A stretch of DNA of 64,000 nucleotides, taken from positions 360,726 through 424,725 of the forward strand of contig CM119264.1 of NCBI GenBank assembly GCA_051294375.1. The letters run 5' to 3'. Below are positions 1 through 10,900 of this stretch, one piece after another (the first letter of the stretch is position 1; each line of letters begins with the position of its first letter). Under the pieces are notes generated by a model. That model did not search any database and was not told the DNA's origin. It saw nothing but the letters and a program-made list of their open reading frames with translations. The position numbers and the translations under genes are program-made. This DNA comes from Paraspadella gotoi. Lineage: Eukaryota; Animalia; Chaetognatha.

Positions 1-206
1 GGTAAGTATACATTTTCGTGGAGATGGTGATCTTCCTGGGAATTCATCTTCATTGAGGAATTTCGCGTTAACGGGGATGATTTGGGTTTACTTTGCGGAT
101 CGATTGGCGTTTCATTGCGGGGGTTTCGGCTTTTTCGGGAGTGGATTTTGCTCATACAGGTAAGATATTGGTAAGTTTTAGTTGAATTTAATGTTTTATC
201 TTTCAG

Positions 207-2352
207 AAATGAATCATCAATGAGAGGAAGGGGCGCACAACATAATTTTGGTTTTTTTTGAAAATATTGGAATTAATTTGGTAATTTTACCAATGAATAT
301 CAGCGAGTAAGAAGAAGATAATAATGAACACTTAAATTGGGGGAGAACGATGATTAGTTACCTAGTGTAGGTGAGAGTCTAGATTAAAAACGGAGAACTT
401 CCGTAGCGATTTTTGAAATAATATTGAGGATAGGAAATACTTTTGTCTCGTGAAAAGTGTTTACATGAATCGATCAATAAATGAAGTTCAGTGAGTGAGT
501 TTTGCGTCGATCTAATACTACAAAAAAATTTTTATAGAAATGAAACTTAATGTAACGTCCCATACAATATTCGATCTTTCAAATCTTGCGTGCCTCTTCT
601 CGTCTGGCAATGCTCAAGGGTGTCTTCGTCGGTGCGTTGATGATGGTCGCATAATGAACTCCGAGTAATGGAGTATTTGTTAACACGGATACAGAACTCT
701 TGCGGAAAAATTGGGCCAAAGCATCGTGACAAACTCGCCAGTAGGTGTTTCGTCGCAAACGGCTCGAGAATAGGGAGGTCCTGGGCGACGAAATTCCAGG
801 ATCTCGTGACCTCGAGAGTGGAGTAACGGTTGAGGCGATCGGGGTCCTACGCTATCTCGAGATGGACGCGGGGACGTGGCGGGACTTCATCATTGGATAT
901 CCCTACAAGAGGTAAGTATTTTGAAGTATTTAGATTATAATTAAAGGATTTGCCAAAGATTATGAGTTGTAAGTACCAAACGATTGAGACTTCCGACGTC
1001 GGTGTTCAATGCCGAGGCAGACGTTCTTTGACTGGACCGAGTTTTCGTTGACTGAGGCGACGTTTTGTTGAGTTGACTTTCTGACGAGGTTTCGTTGATT
1101 GAGGCCGACACGTTTCGTTGATTGGGCCGACGTTTCCATTTTTTTCTCAATTATGAGAAGAGAGAGAGTTTTGTGGAGATATCTATATTTTTGGACTTGA
1201 AAGTAAGTTGATAATTTTAGAAAGAGTTATGATTTTGTTTCACAATAGATCAACACAATTTGAGTTATGAGTGAAATATTTAATGTTTAAAATATGAATC
1301 CATCTCAAAGGTGAGAATTTTTTTTGTCAAGCTGTTGATCTTTAGGTAGCAACGACTTTCTCCTGGGTCTCTGAGATGAGCGGCTCAAAGCTTCGCGTAG
1401 ATTGCGTGATCTGTAAGGATGGAGGTCGGGTTGGGCGTGGGTCAGGATCCATTGGATTTTCTGGGGGGTCGGGTGAGGGGGGGTGGGTGGAAGGGTTATT
1501 AATATTTAATTTTTATTTAATTTTTTTTTAGGTGTGGCGGCCGGCGACCGGACGACGACGGAGGGTCAACAAGGAGCGCGAGGGATTCGAACGAGGCGGC
1601 GATCGAGGGCGGTAAGTATCAGGTGAGTATATATTATATTATTTATTTTTATTTTCAGGTACGTATGAAAAAATTGACTGGTTGCACCCGGGAGGTGGTC
1701 GGAGGTGGGTGGAGGAGGGCGGCGGGTGGTGGGGCGCTCTCTTTGCGTATGATGCATCGTCGTTGTTCCATTTGACAGTCGTGCAGGTAAGTGAGGTAAG
1801 TTTGGTTATGAGAAAATAAATCATGTATAAAAAAAAAAAGGTGTCGATTTCGCCGATGATTTTTGTAATCATTTTTTAAATATCTTAAATGATTATTCTT
1901 TTCAGAGTTTTATCGCTCTCACAAGGCGATCTTTTATAGAGGAAGGCGGAGAGGAGGTTTCCCGGCTGAAGTCCACGTCCTTGGAGGACGGCGAATTCTT
2001 TCAGTTTGCTCTTTCCTTCTTGAGATTTAAATAAACGCGAAGATCTTGATCCTTCTTCACGGATTTTCTTTTATGCCTGGCGGCGTCTACCTCTCTTCGA
2101 ATTCGTCGCGTCTTGCTTGACCATCTCTTTGGGTTAGCGGAATTTTGGAGATCTTTCTGGAGGTAAGTTAATTTTATTTATTTGTATTTTTACCTTTTTA
2201 TTTAGGTTTTTCTTACGGATTCATTGGCGGGAGTTTGGCGAGTAGAAAGGACGAAGGGGTTGCGCAGCGTCGCTGTGTCGTGGAACTTGCTCGGAGTATC
2301 GACCTTTTCGAGTTCATTTTCACTGGAGGTCCATCTTTAATTTTATTCTAAC
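207..2352 (+). CDS. Multi-exon gene of unknown function on the left arm, reading inward (frames broken by sequence errors)
   Basis: GC-richer blocks bounded by polyT-AG and GTAAG sites at 538-911, 1346-1412, 1532-1611, 1659-1786, 1906-2162 and 2206-~2352. Exon 1659-1786 reads TYEKIDWLHPGGGRRWVEEGGGWWGALFAYDASSLFHLTVVQ. Most splice sites recur in copy 2. Confidence 0.55.
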
Positions 2353-2476
2353 TGTACCTGGTACTTTAAAAAACAACAAAAAAAGCTATGAGTCACACAG
2401 TCTATCGCGCACCACTTATGTTCTATACACTAAGTCCGCAAGATTTTTTGTTTATTCGTTATCTATTCTTTTAAAG

Positions 2477-2860
2477 GGATGATCCTTCACCGGTGGTCTT
2501 GAGCGGGGCCTGGTTTCTTCGGCCCTGGGCGGGCTGCCTCTAGATAGTAGGCGCGAGAGGGCCAGTGGAGAGGATTCCGAGGAACCTTCTCATCATCTCC
2601 GGTTCTCCTCCGCGGCATCCTCCTCCACGACGGAGTGGGGTAGTAGCGGCGTACTCGTCATAGTATTCTAATTATTGTAATGCAGGTAAGTTATTATTTG
2701 GTGGTTTTACTGTTTTATTGTTTATTATTTTTTTTAGGTTTTCGTGGATTGACTTATTTGGCCACCTTGAATTCGAGGATGTGGGCGCAGATGTGCCTAA
2801 GCGATTTCTGAATATATCTAGATATCGACTGAACATGGAGAAAGGAACAACTGAAACGAG
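2477..2860 (+). CDS. Further spliced exons on the left arm (2477-2685, 2737-2860), unknown protein
   Basis: aag|..gcag|gtaagt and ttttag|..gag|gtaat boundaries. The second exon reads FSWIDLFGHLEFEDVGADVPKRFLNISRYRLNMEKGTTETR. A mirror paralogue lies at 4830-5270 (-). Confidence 0.45.
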
Positions 2861-2934
2861 GTAATGAGAATGATAATGATGGTTTTTAAAACATGAGGAT
2901 TAAACACATTTTTTATTATTCCTCATTTTTCATT

Positions 2935-3420
2935 TGAGTTATTTTCGCGGATGGTAACAGAACGTATCTCTTTCCTTGTGATCTTTCTCATTTTCTCGCG
3001 AGTCTTTTTAGAGCGCGACTTTTCTCTCATTTAAAAGTTTGTTTCTTCATTTCTGAATCATCTTCTCGCAGGACTTCATTCTCATTTTGGGCGTTCTCTT
3101 CGCGTGCGGTTGGCAATCTCGCGAGCTTTTTTCGTTTTCGTCGCCGTTTTCTGAATGTCGACCAAGACATTCCTCCGAAGTCATTACAAGTTAAAAAAAG
3201 TTAAATTCGAATTTTGGCATCTCTACAGTTTGCTTATTGATTACGAAATTTTCTAACTCGAATTTTAGTACGCGTCCTTAATTATCTTTTTTCGCATCGA
3301 AAGCTCCGAAATTTATTCTTTCGAATTGTCGAATTTTTTACTATACGAAGCGCATCGCCAAATCGTATCTCTTTCGCGAGTCTCGTTATTTTTCCAATTG
3401 AAATTATTTAGCGAATTATT
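2935..3420 (-). CDS. Small K/R/E-rich (coiled-coil-like) ORF(s) reading outward from the element centre
   Basis: Purine-rich minus strand. The reverse complement of 3000-3180 (ttcggaggaatgtcttggtcgac...aaaaagctcgcgaga) resembles 4418-4480 (ttcggaggatgctcgtcga...aaaaagctcgcgaga). Frameshifted. Confidence 0.35.
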
Positions 3421-3569
3421 ATACAATTCGAGTAATTCAAATACTATTGCATGATACTTAGTTTGCAAGTTCAGAATAGTCCATTTTTACTTGCGAAATT
3501 GAATATCGATACATCACGGCTAAGAGAAAAATTATTTCATATTATTCAACGTAATTAACATAAACAAAG

Positions 3570-4110
3570 TATTTCCTTCGAAGTCGTCTCGCCGATCCTT
3601 TACGCCGATTGAATCCTTCTCGTCACCCATTTGCCATCAGCGGTTGAATTTCTCCCTATTTGTTGCGCGGGTTGAATTTCTTCTTGTCCGCGTCGATGAA
3701 ATCCCCTCGCCGCTGTCGCAGAAGCCTAAAAAAAAGAAGAAATATAGTAAGTTATCAAAAAAAATAAGGATACAAAATTCACGCGTCCAGTGAATTTTTG
3801 TCGCCGTCGAATCTCGGTCGCCGTCAAATCCTCGTCGGTCGAATCCCATAGTCGCGTCGACTAAATAAAAAATAATAAAATTAAAATTTAATTTCAAGAA
3901 CAACAACATTGTATTAAATCGTGTTGATGAAGTCCATTCTGTAAAAGGAAATATTAACATGGTGATTAAACTTTCTTTCGATTTGTGTTTTGTAGGTAAT
4001 TGAAATAAGAGACAAGTCACACTGATGAAGCGGCTTGAAATGAAAGGAACTGTCTTGTACATAAAATAAAATGCGTTGGCTGTAATACAAGAGACTTTGT
4101 CTTCATTTTT
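3570..4110 (-). CDS. Central spliced gene of unknown function
   Basis: Minus-strand acceptors (polyT-AG at about 3862 and 3727) flank GC-rich blocks that are conserved in copy 2 (12080-12630). It is divergent from the plus-strand ORF starting near 4196. Confidence 0.35.
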
Positions 4111-4195
4111 CAATTAGGAAATATTAGAAAATTTCACATGTTTCAACCCCAACTTTACTGCAGATTATCCAGCTTGTTTAATTCTCATTTCACAA

Positions 4196-4670
4196 ATGGA
4201 AGAATCGATGGAGGATGTAGTTCATCGACGAAGACATGCATACGTTTGGTGGAATTTCATTTCTGCCAAACCATCGCCAAACTCGCCGCATCCATTCCGG
4301 TGAGTTTCTTGAGCAGATGACATATAGAAAATACATGAAGTCTGCAGAATGGCGCCTACGAAACATCCGGTCGTCGGAATCGAAGACGGAGCCGATGCAA
4401 GCTTGAATGAATCGACATTCGGAGGATGCTCGTCGAATTTAGAAAGAAATAGGGCAGCACGAAAAAGCTCGCGAGAAAAGTCGCTCGGCGATACAAAACG
4501 CGAAGAAAAAAGAAGGAGCGAGAATGAGAATTTGGAAAAGAGGAGTGGCTGAGATGAGAATTGCATTTTAAGATGAGAGAGAGAGTGCGACTCTAGAAAA
4601 ATGCGACGCGGAAGATGAGAAAGATTCGAGAGGAAAGGAGAGATCGGCGCTATTCTCATCAAGCGCTAAA
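4196..4670 (+). CDS. Central outward-reading gene with a basic/coiled-coil C-terminal part
   Basis: ORF track 4349-4552 (LERNRAARKSSREK...ENENLEKR) and copy 2 ORF 12522-13097 (LERNRARRQAREKVARRITKREEKRR). Possible short intron at 4300-4347. Confidence 0.4.
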
Positions 4671-4829
4671 TGTGGAATCTTCCAAGATATAAATGCCATG
4701 AACGTTCTTTTTGAACTCTAACTTCAACTTACCATTTTTATAGTTTTGTTCATTTAGATGATTGATGATTATTATTAAGATGTTGGTCTTCTAGCAAAAA
4801 AATAGATGATTTGTTCTTTATTTTGATAC

Positions 4830-5270
4830 TTAACTTTAACATTCAGGTCGTATTCAGTATACATTTCGAAAACTTTCAACATCTCGAGGAATATGAATCA
4901 GGAGATCAGAGATAGGCACAAGTAAGGTCATTTGCAGGAAAGACCTGAGAAGCATAATATTAATAATATATCAAGTAATAAAACTAACAATAATACTTAC
5001 CTGCAGCCAACAGTCTAACTGGAAGTATGCAAGCCGCACTAGTTACGCAAGAGCATCCAGGTGGATAGATTAGGACTCATCCCGGGCGAGCGATGGCAGA
5101 AGAAAGGCGGGAATAAGATGAGAGAAATTTGCCATCAGGCAAACTGCGTCTCACCGGTATTCGTAATATACGCTGCACTACTACGCCTGGAGGCGGGTCC
5201 CAAGTGCGCACAAGGATTGGAGCTGACACACAATTCCACTGATGACGCGGGATGCGTCTCGATTAAAAAA
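4830..5270 (-). CDS. Right-arm paralogue of the 2477-2860 exons
   Basis: Minus-strand gcag|gtaagtatt donor at about 5001 mirrors 2685. ccggtggagacgagtgcctgaggcaaatttctctcatc (copy 2) resembles ccagtggagaggattccgaggaaccttctcatcatc. Confidence 0.4.
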
Positions 5271-5399
5271 AATAACATAAAAGAACAGAGAGTAAGTTGA
5301 TTTTGACAAGGAGGAGTGTGATGATCAAGGACTCCGTCCAGTTGTTGTTTGATATTTTTTCTTATGGTTTTTTTTAAATACGCAGTAGCACTTTCGAAT

Positions 5400-7590
5400 T
5401 AGTTGACAAAATGAAAATATCTAAAACGAACTTGAAGAAGCGAGCTCAGTGTAAGATTCAACGCGGACAGAGATGTGTGTCGTCGAGCCATCTCGGAACT
5501 ATTGCGAAGGACGACTAAAGCGAATAAGAAGGGCGAAAAAGTGAGGAAAGAGAGCAATCCCGTAAGCAACAGCCAAGGAAACGCTGAATTTGGCCATCCC
5601 AAAGATGACGAGCGTGAAGATTTGGCACCAGGATTGCAACTGAGACTCGATCCTGGACCGGCAAGCGCCAAATACAACCATCCATCTTCAACAGTGAAAG
5701 GATGCTGAGGTGGAGATCGGAATGACTCTGATATCTAAAAGCGAGATAAATATGTGGTAAATCAATTTTTATTATACATGATTTGAATTTCAGTTAAAGC
5801 CTTAATACAAACTCACTCTCGTGACCACCGTCAAATGACCAAGTAGCAGACCGCTCAGGAGTGCCTCACCGATAGCTCTCACACGCCTCCTCGAGCCAAA
5901 CCCTTCCGGCTCAGTCTTTTTCGTATGTTTCTGAAAATAAATACAGAATTATATATATACATAACTGCCAACGCTGACTACGTTCAGCCGTGTGCCGGCG
6001 TCGTCGATGCACTTCATGTTGTCACGGTCGTCGAAATCCGCTCGATGGCGTCACGTCCGAATCCTCGTGGCGTGTCGAATACTCGACGCCGGTCGTCATC
6101 TCATCCGTGGCAATCTTGTCGCCGCCTGCACTAAAAAAAAAAAATAATTAAAACTTAAAATTAATAACCTTCACCACCCCTCACCGACCCCCCAGAAAAA
6201 TCAAATGGATCCTGACCCACGCCAACCCGACCTCCATCTTACCAATCGGCAATCTTTCGGAAGTCTTTGGGCGGCCAATCTCAGAGACCAGGAGAAAGTC
6301 GTTGCTACCTAAAGATCAACAGCTTGACAAAAACAATCTCACTTTGAGGATGGAATTCTATTTTAAACATTAAATATTTCACTCATAACTCAAATTGTGT
6401 TGATCTAATTGATAGAACGAAAACTTCTAACTTGTTCTAAAATGTGATTACCTCTACTATTACAGTCAAAAATGATATTCAAAACTCTTTCTCTCTCTTC
6501 AAATTGAGATAAAATGGAACAGTCGGCCCAATGGAACGAAACGGTGCGCCCGCAATCACGAAACGTTCGGCCTCAGTCAATGAAACGTCGGCCTCAGTCA
6601 GCAAAATGTGCCTCAGTCAATCGAAAGTCGGCCAATCAACAAAATGTCGGGCCTCAGTCAACGAAAGCGTCGGCCCCATCAACGGAGCGTCGACAGCAGT
6701 CAACGAAGCGACGGCTCGGAGTGCTCGAAACGCGAGTCGGAAGTCTTCATCGTTGCGNNNNNNNNNNNNNNNNNNNNNNNNNTACGTCAAACTCATAAAT
6801 TTTTCTTGGCAAATCCTTTAAAAATTATATCTAAATACTTCAAAATACTTACCTCTTGTAGGGAATTCCAATGATGAGAGTCCCGCCACGTCCCCGCGTC
6901 CAGTCTCGAGATAGCGTAGGACCCCGATCGCCTCAACCGTTACTCCACTCTCGAGGTCACGAGATCCTTGGAATTCGTCGCCCAGGACCTCCCTATTCTC
7001 GAGCCGTTTGCGACGAAACCACCTACTGGCGAGTTGGTCACGATGCTTTGGCCCAATTTTTCGGCGAAGAGTTCTGGATCCGTGTAAACAATACTCCATT
7101 ACTCGGAGTTCATTATCGCGACCATCATCAACGCACCGACAAAGACACCCTTGAGCATTGGCGCCACGAGGAAGAGGTCATCGCAAGATTGGAAAGATCG
7201 AATATTGATTTTTGGGACGGTTACATGTAAATGTTTGCATTTCTAAGAAAATTTTTTTTGTAGTATTAGATCGACGGCGAAAACTCACGTCCAACTTTCA
7301 TTTATTGATTCATTCATAAAACACTTTTCACGGAGACAGAAAGTTTCCTATCCTCAATATTATTTTCAAAAAATTGCTACGGAAGTTCTCCGTTTTTAAT
7401 TCATAGACTCACCTACACCTAGGTGAACTAATCATCGTTCTCCCCCAATTTAAGTGTCATTAGTTATTTCTTCTTTCTATTACTCGTGTTATGTCATTGG
7501 TAAATTGTACCAAATAATTCCGAATATTTTCAAAAAACACAAAAATTATGTTTGCGCCCCGTTCTCTCTCATTGATGATTCATTTCTGAA
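5400..7590 (-). CDS. Multi-exon gene on the right arm, reading inward; paralogue of the left-arm gene
   Basis: Mirror exons at about 6853-7243, 6243-6308, 5980-6131 and 5817-5931. ORF 6818-7099 (...RKIGPKHRDQLASRWFRRKRLENREVLG...). The inner exon gives TYEKDW...RRW...HLTVV (frameshifted), matching the left-arm TYEKIDW...RRW...HLTVV. Confidence 0.5.
6520..6745. repeat. 21-bp tandem repeat (cggcctcagtcaacgaaacgt) inside an intron of the inverted repeat
   Basis: About 9-10 imperfect units. Also at 15025-15235, and inverted at 990-1135 and 9430-9590. Confidence 0.85.
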
Positions 7591-7642
7591 AGATAAAACA
7601 TTAAAAATTCAACAAAAACTTACCAAATACTTACCTGATGAA

Positions 7643-7810
7643 GCGAAGATCCAATCCCGCGAAGTGAAGATGGGGAAGATCCATCCCGCGAAGTGAAGAC
7701 GCCGAAGATCCATCCCGCAAAGTGAAGACGCCGAAGATCCATCCCGCGAAGTGAAGACGCCGAAGATCCATCCCGCGAAGTGAAGAAGCCGAAGATCCAT
7801 CCCACGAAAT
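7643..7810. repeat. 29-bp tandem repeat (gaagatccatcccgcgaagtgaagacgcc) in the outer inverted repeat
   Basis: About 6 clean units. Noisy counterparts at 16145-16400, and inverted at 15-150 and 8500-8610. Confidence 0.9.
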
Positions 7811-7989
7811 GTATACTTACCCGATCCTCTGCGACGATCCCTCGAAGACAAATCCCACGGCGATCCCTCGAAGACCAATCCTTCGCGATGATCCGTTGCT
7901 TATATTGGGTCATTGGTATATTAATTGAGTCAATGGCATAAGATTTTGGTTAACTTGCTTAATTTGGTCAACTGCATACATGTTTTGAT

Positions 7990-10900
7990 TTTATGTTTTG
8001 TGTGTAAAGTATGCCTGAAGCAAGAAAGGGAAATTAGGTCAACATTGTTTTGAATCATGGCTTTTAACATGTAATCGCCGAAGCTGATTCGGATCAAGAA
8101 GGGTAAATCGGTAATGCTGAGTTTTGTAGGTATTCGAGTCTCTTAAACGGTAAAAAGATTTATTTTACGTTTTTAAATTTTTGTATTTTTGTTTTATTTA
8201 CATTTTATTTTTAGCTTTTCCAGTCATCGTGGGGAGCTCCAAATGTTCGCGGGGATCACGACATTCGCGGGATCATCGATCATGGTAGAGATCATTCAGC
8301 GTCGCGGGATCAGTAGCTGTTATTAAGCAGGTAAGTATTTGGTTTTCATTTAATATTTATTTCAGACTTAACCTTTTTTTTTTTACAGTCAAACGATTTA
8401 ATCAAGGATATCGGTGAAAGGATTTGGCTCTTCGAGGGATCGCCGTGGGATTTTGTCTACGAGGGAATCGTCGCAGAGGATGGGCGTAAGTATCATTTTC
8501 GGGGATCGGCGGTCTTCCCGGGATTACATCTTCATTGCAGATGGTAACTGGGATGTGGGTTATGTGGATGGGATTGCGTTCACGGGCGGCTCGAGTGGTA
8601 TTTCTTCGTAAGTTTGAAGTTTTAGTGAATTAGTTTTATCTTTCAGAAATAAGAATCATCAATGAGAGGAAGGGGCGCAAAACATGAATTTTTTTTTTTT
8701 TGAAAAGATATTGGAATTATTTGGTGACAATTTTACCAATGAAAAGCGAGTAAAGAAAGAAGATAAAACTGAACCGACTTAAATTGGGGTGGAGTAACGA
8801 TGATTAGATTACCTAGTGTAGGTAGGTCGTACGATTAAAAACGGAGAACTTCTGTAGCGATTTTGAAATAATATTGAGGATAGAAAGACTTTTCGTCTGT
8901 GAAAAGTTGTTTTCATGAATCGAATCAAGTAAATGAAAGCGAAGTGAGTTTTTGCGTGATTAATCACTAATAAAAATTTTGTTTTAGAAATGCGAAACAT
9001 TGAATGTAACGTCCCATACAATATTGTCTTTCAATCTTGCGTAACTCTTTCCTCGTTGGCGCAACTGGTCAAGGGTGTCTTGTGGTGCGTTGATCGATGG
9101 TCGATAATGAACTCCGAGAATGGGTAATGTTTAACACGGATTAAGAATTTGCGCGAAAATTGGGCCAAAGTCATCGTGACACTGACCAGTAGGTGGTGTT
9201 CGTCGCAAAGGTCGAGATAGGGAGGTCGGGACGAATTCCAGGATCCTCGTGACTGCGAGTGGAGTACGGTTGAGGCGATCGGGTCACTATTATCCGAGAC
9301 TGGACGCGGGACGATGGGGGACTCTCATCATCATGTGATATCTACAAGAGGTGTATTTTGAAGTATTTAGATTATATTGTAAGGATTTGCAGAATAATTA
9401 ATGAGTTGAGACGACGCAAACGATTGAGATTGACCGAGTGGTGTCAATGCCGTACGGCAGTCACGTTGGGGCGTTCGGACTGAGGACCGATTCTTTCGTT
9501 GACTAGAGGCGACGTTCTTGACTGAGGCCACGTTAGATTCTAGCGACACAATTTGTATTGGGTGCGACGTTCGTTGATTGGGCGACTTTACATTTTTCTC
9601 AATTTTGAGAGAGCAGAGAGATTTTGAGGAGATTCTACTTTTTTGTGACTGAAAGTAAGTTGATATCAATTTTAGAAAAGTTAGATTTTCGGTTTCAAAA
9701 TAGCATAAACAATTTAGTTATAGTGAAAATTTAATGTTTAAAATGATCATTCCATCTCAAAGGGATGAGAATTTTTTGTCAAGTGTTGATCTTAGGGTAG
9801 CAAGACTTTCTCCTTGGGTCTCTGTAGATGAGCGGCTCCAAAGTTCGTCAGATGCGTGATCTGGTAAGAATTAGGAGGTCGGGGTTGGGGTGGGAGGATC
9901 ATTGGATTTTTGGGGGTCGGGTGAGGGGGGGTGGTGAGAAGGGTTATTAAATATTTCATTTTTAATTTAAATTTTTTTTTTAGGTGTGGCGGCCCACCGG
10001 ACGGACGGAGGGTTCAACAAGGAGCGCGAGGGATTCGAACGATGGCGGCGATCAGGGCGGTGTATAGGTGAGTAGTATAGATTTATCATGTGATTTATTT
10101 TTATTTTCAGGTACGTAAGAAGAAAATTGTCAAGCGGTATTCACCGGGGAGGTGGTCGGAGGTGGGTGGAGGAGGTTTGGCGGCGGGTGGGGTGGGGCGC
10201 TCTACTTTGCGTATGATGCATCAGTCGTTGTTCATTTGACAGTCGTGCGAGGTAAGTGAGGTAAGTTTGGTTAGGAAAATAAATCATGTATAAAAAAAAA
10301 AAAGGTGTCGATTAGTCGCCGGAGTGATTTTTGTAATACATTTTTTAAAATATCTAAATGAGATTGATTCTTTTTCAGGAGTTTTATCAGCTCTCACAAG
10401 GCGATCTTTTATAGAGGAAGGCGGAGAGGAGGGTTCCCGGCTTGAAGTCCACAGGTCCTTGAACGGCCGATATTCTTTCAGTTTGCTCTTTACTTCTTTG
10501 AGATTTAAATAAACGCGAAGATCTTGATCCTTCTTACGGATTTTCTTTTATGCCTTGGCGGCGTAATACCTCTCTCAATTGTCGCTGACATTCTCCTGGT
10601 AGCGGAATTTTGAATCTTCTGGAGGTAAAGTAATTTTATTTATTTGGTATTTTTACCTTTTTATTTAGGTTTTTCTTAGGATTCATTGGGCGGGAGTTTG
10701 ACGAGTAAAGGACGAAGGGGTATGCGAGCGTCGCTGGTCGTTGGAACTTGCTCGGAGTAATCGACTTTTCGAAGTTCATTTTCACTGGAGGTCCATCTTT
10801 AATTTTATTTAGCTGGTACCTGGTCTTTAAAAAACGAACGAAATAAAAGTATGAGTCACACAGTCTATCGCGCACACATTATGTCTATACACTAAGTCGA

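Larger units (their letters stand above)
1..7893. mobile_element. Mirror-symmetric (foldback-like) gene-bearing element, copy 1; left end runs off the window; class unknown
   Basis: 1-~1540 is the reverse complement of ~6120-7820 (e.g. 201 tttcagaaatgaatcatcaatgagag vs 7566 ctctcattgatgattcatttctgaaa). Inner arms 1590-3200 and 4400-6100 keep patchy inverted similarity. No catalytic protein recognised. Confidence 0.75.

Noticed and set aside
7643-7810. 29-bp repeats as a CRISPR array
   Set aside because: Units are head-to-tail with no unique spacers, there are no cas genes, and the context is eukaryotic with spliceosomal introns.
1-7893. Palindrome as a missed-adapter or fold-back read artefact
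   Set aside because: The centre is unique, the inner arms are diverged paralogues, and arm-specific differences recur in both copies.
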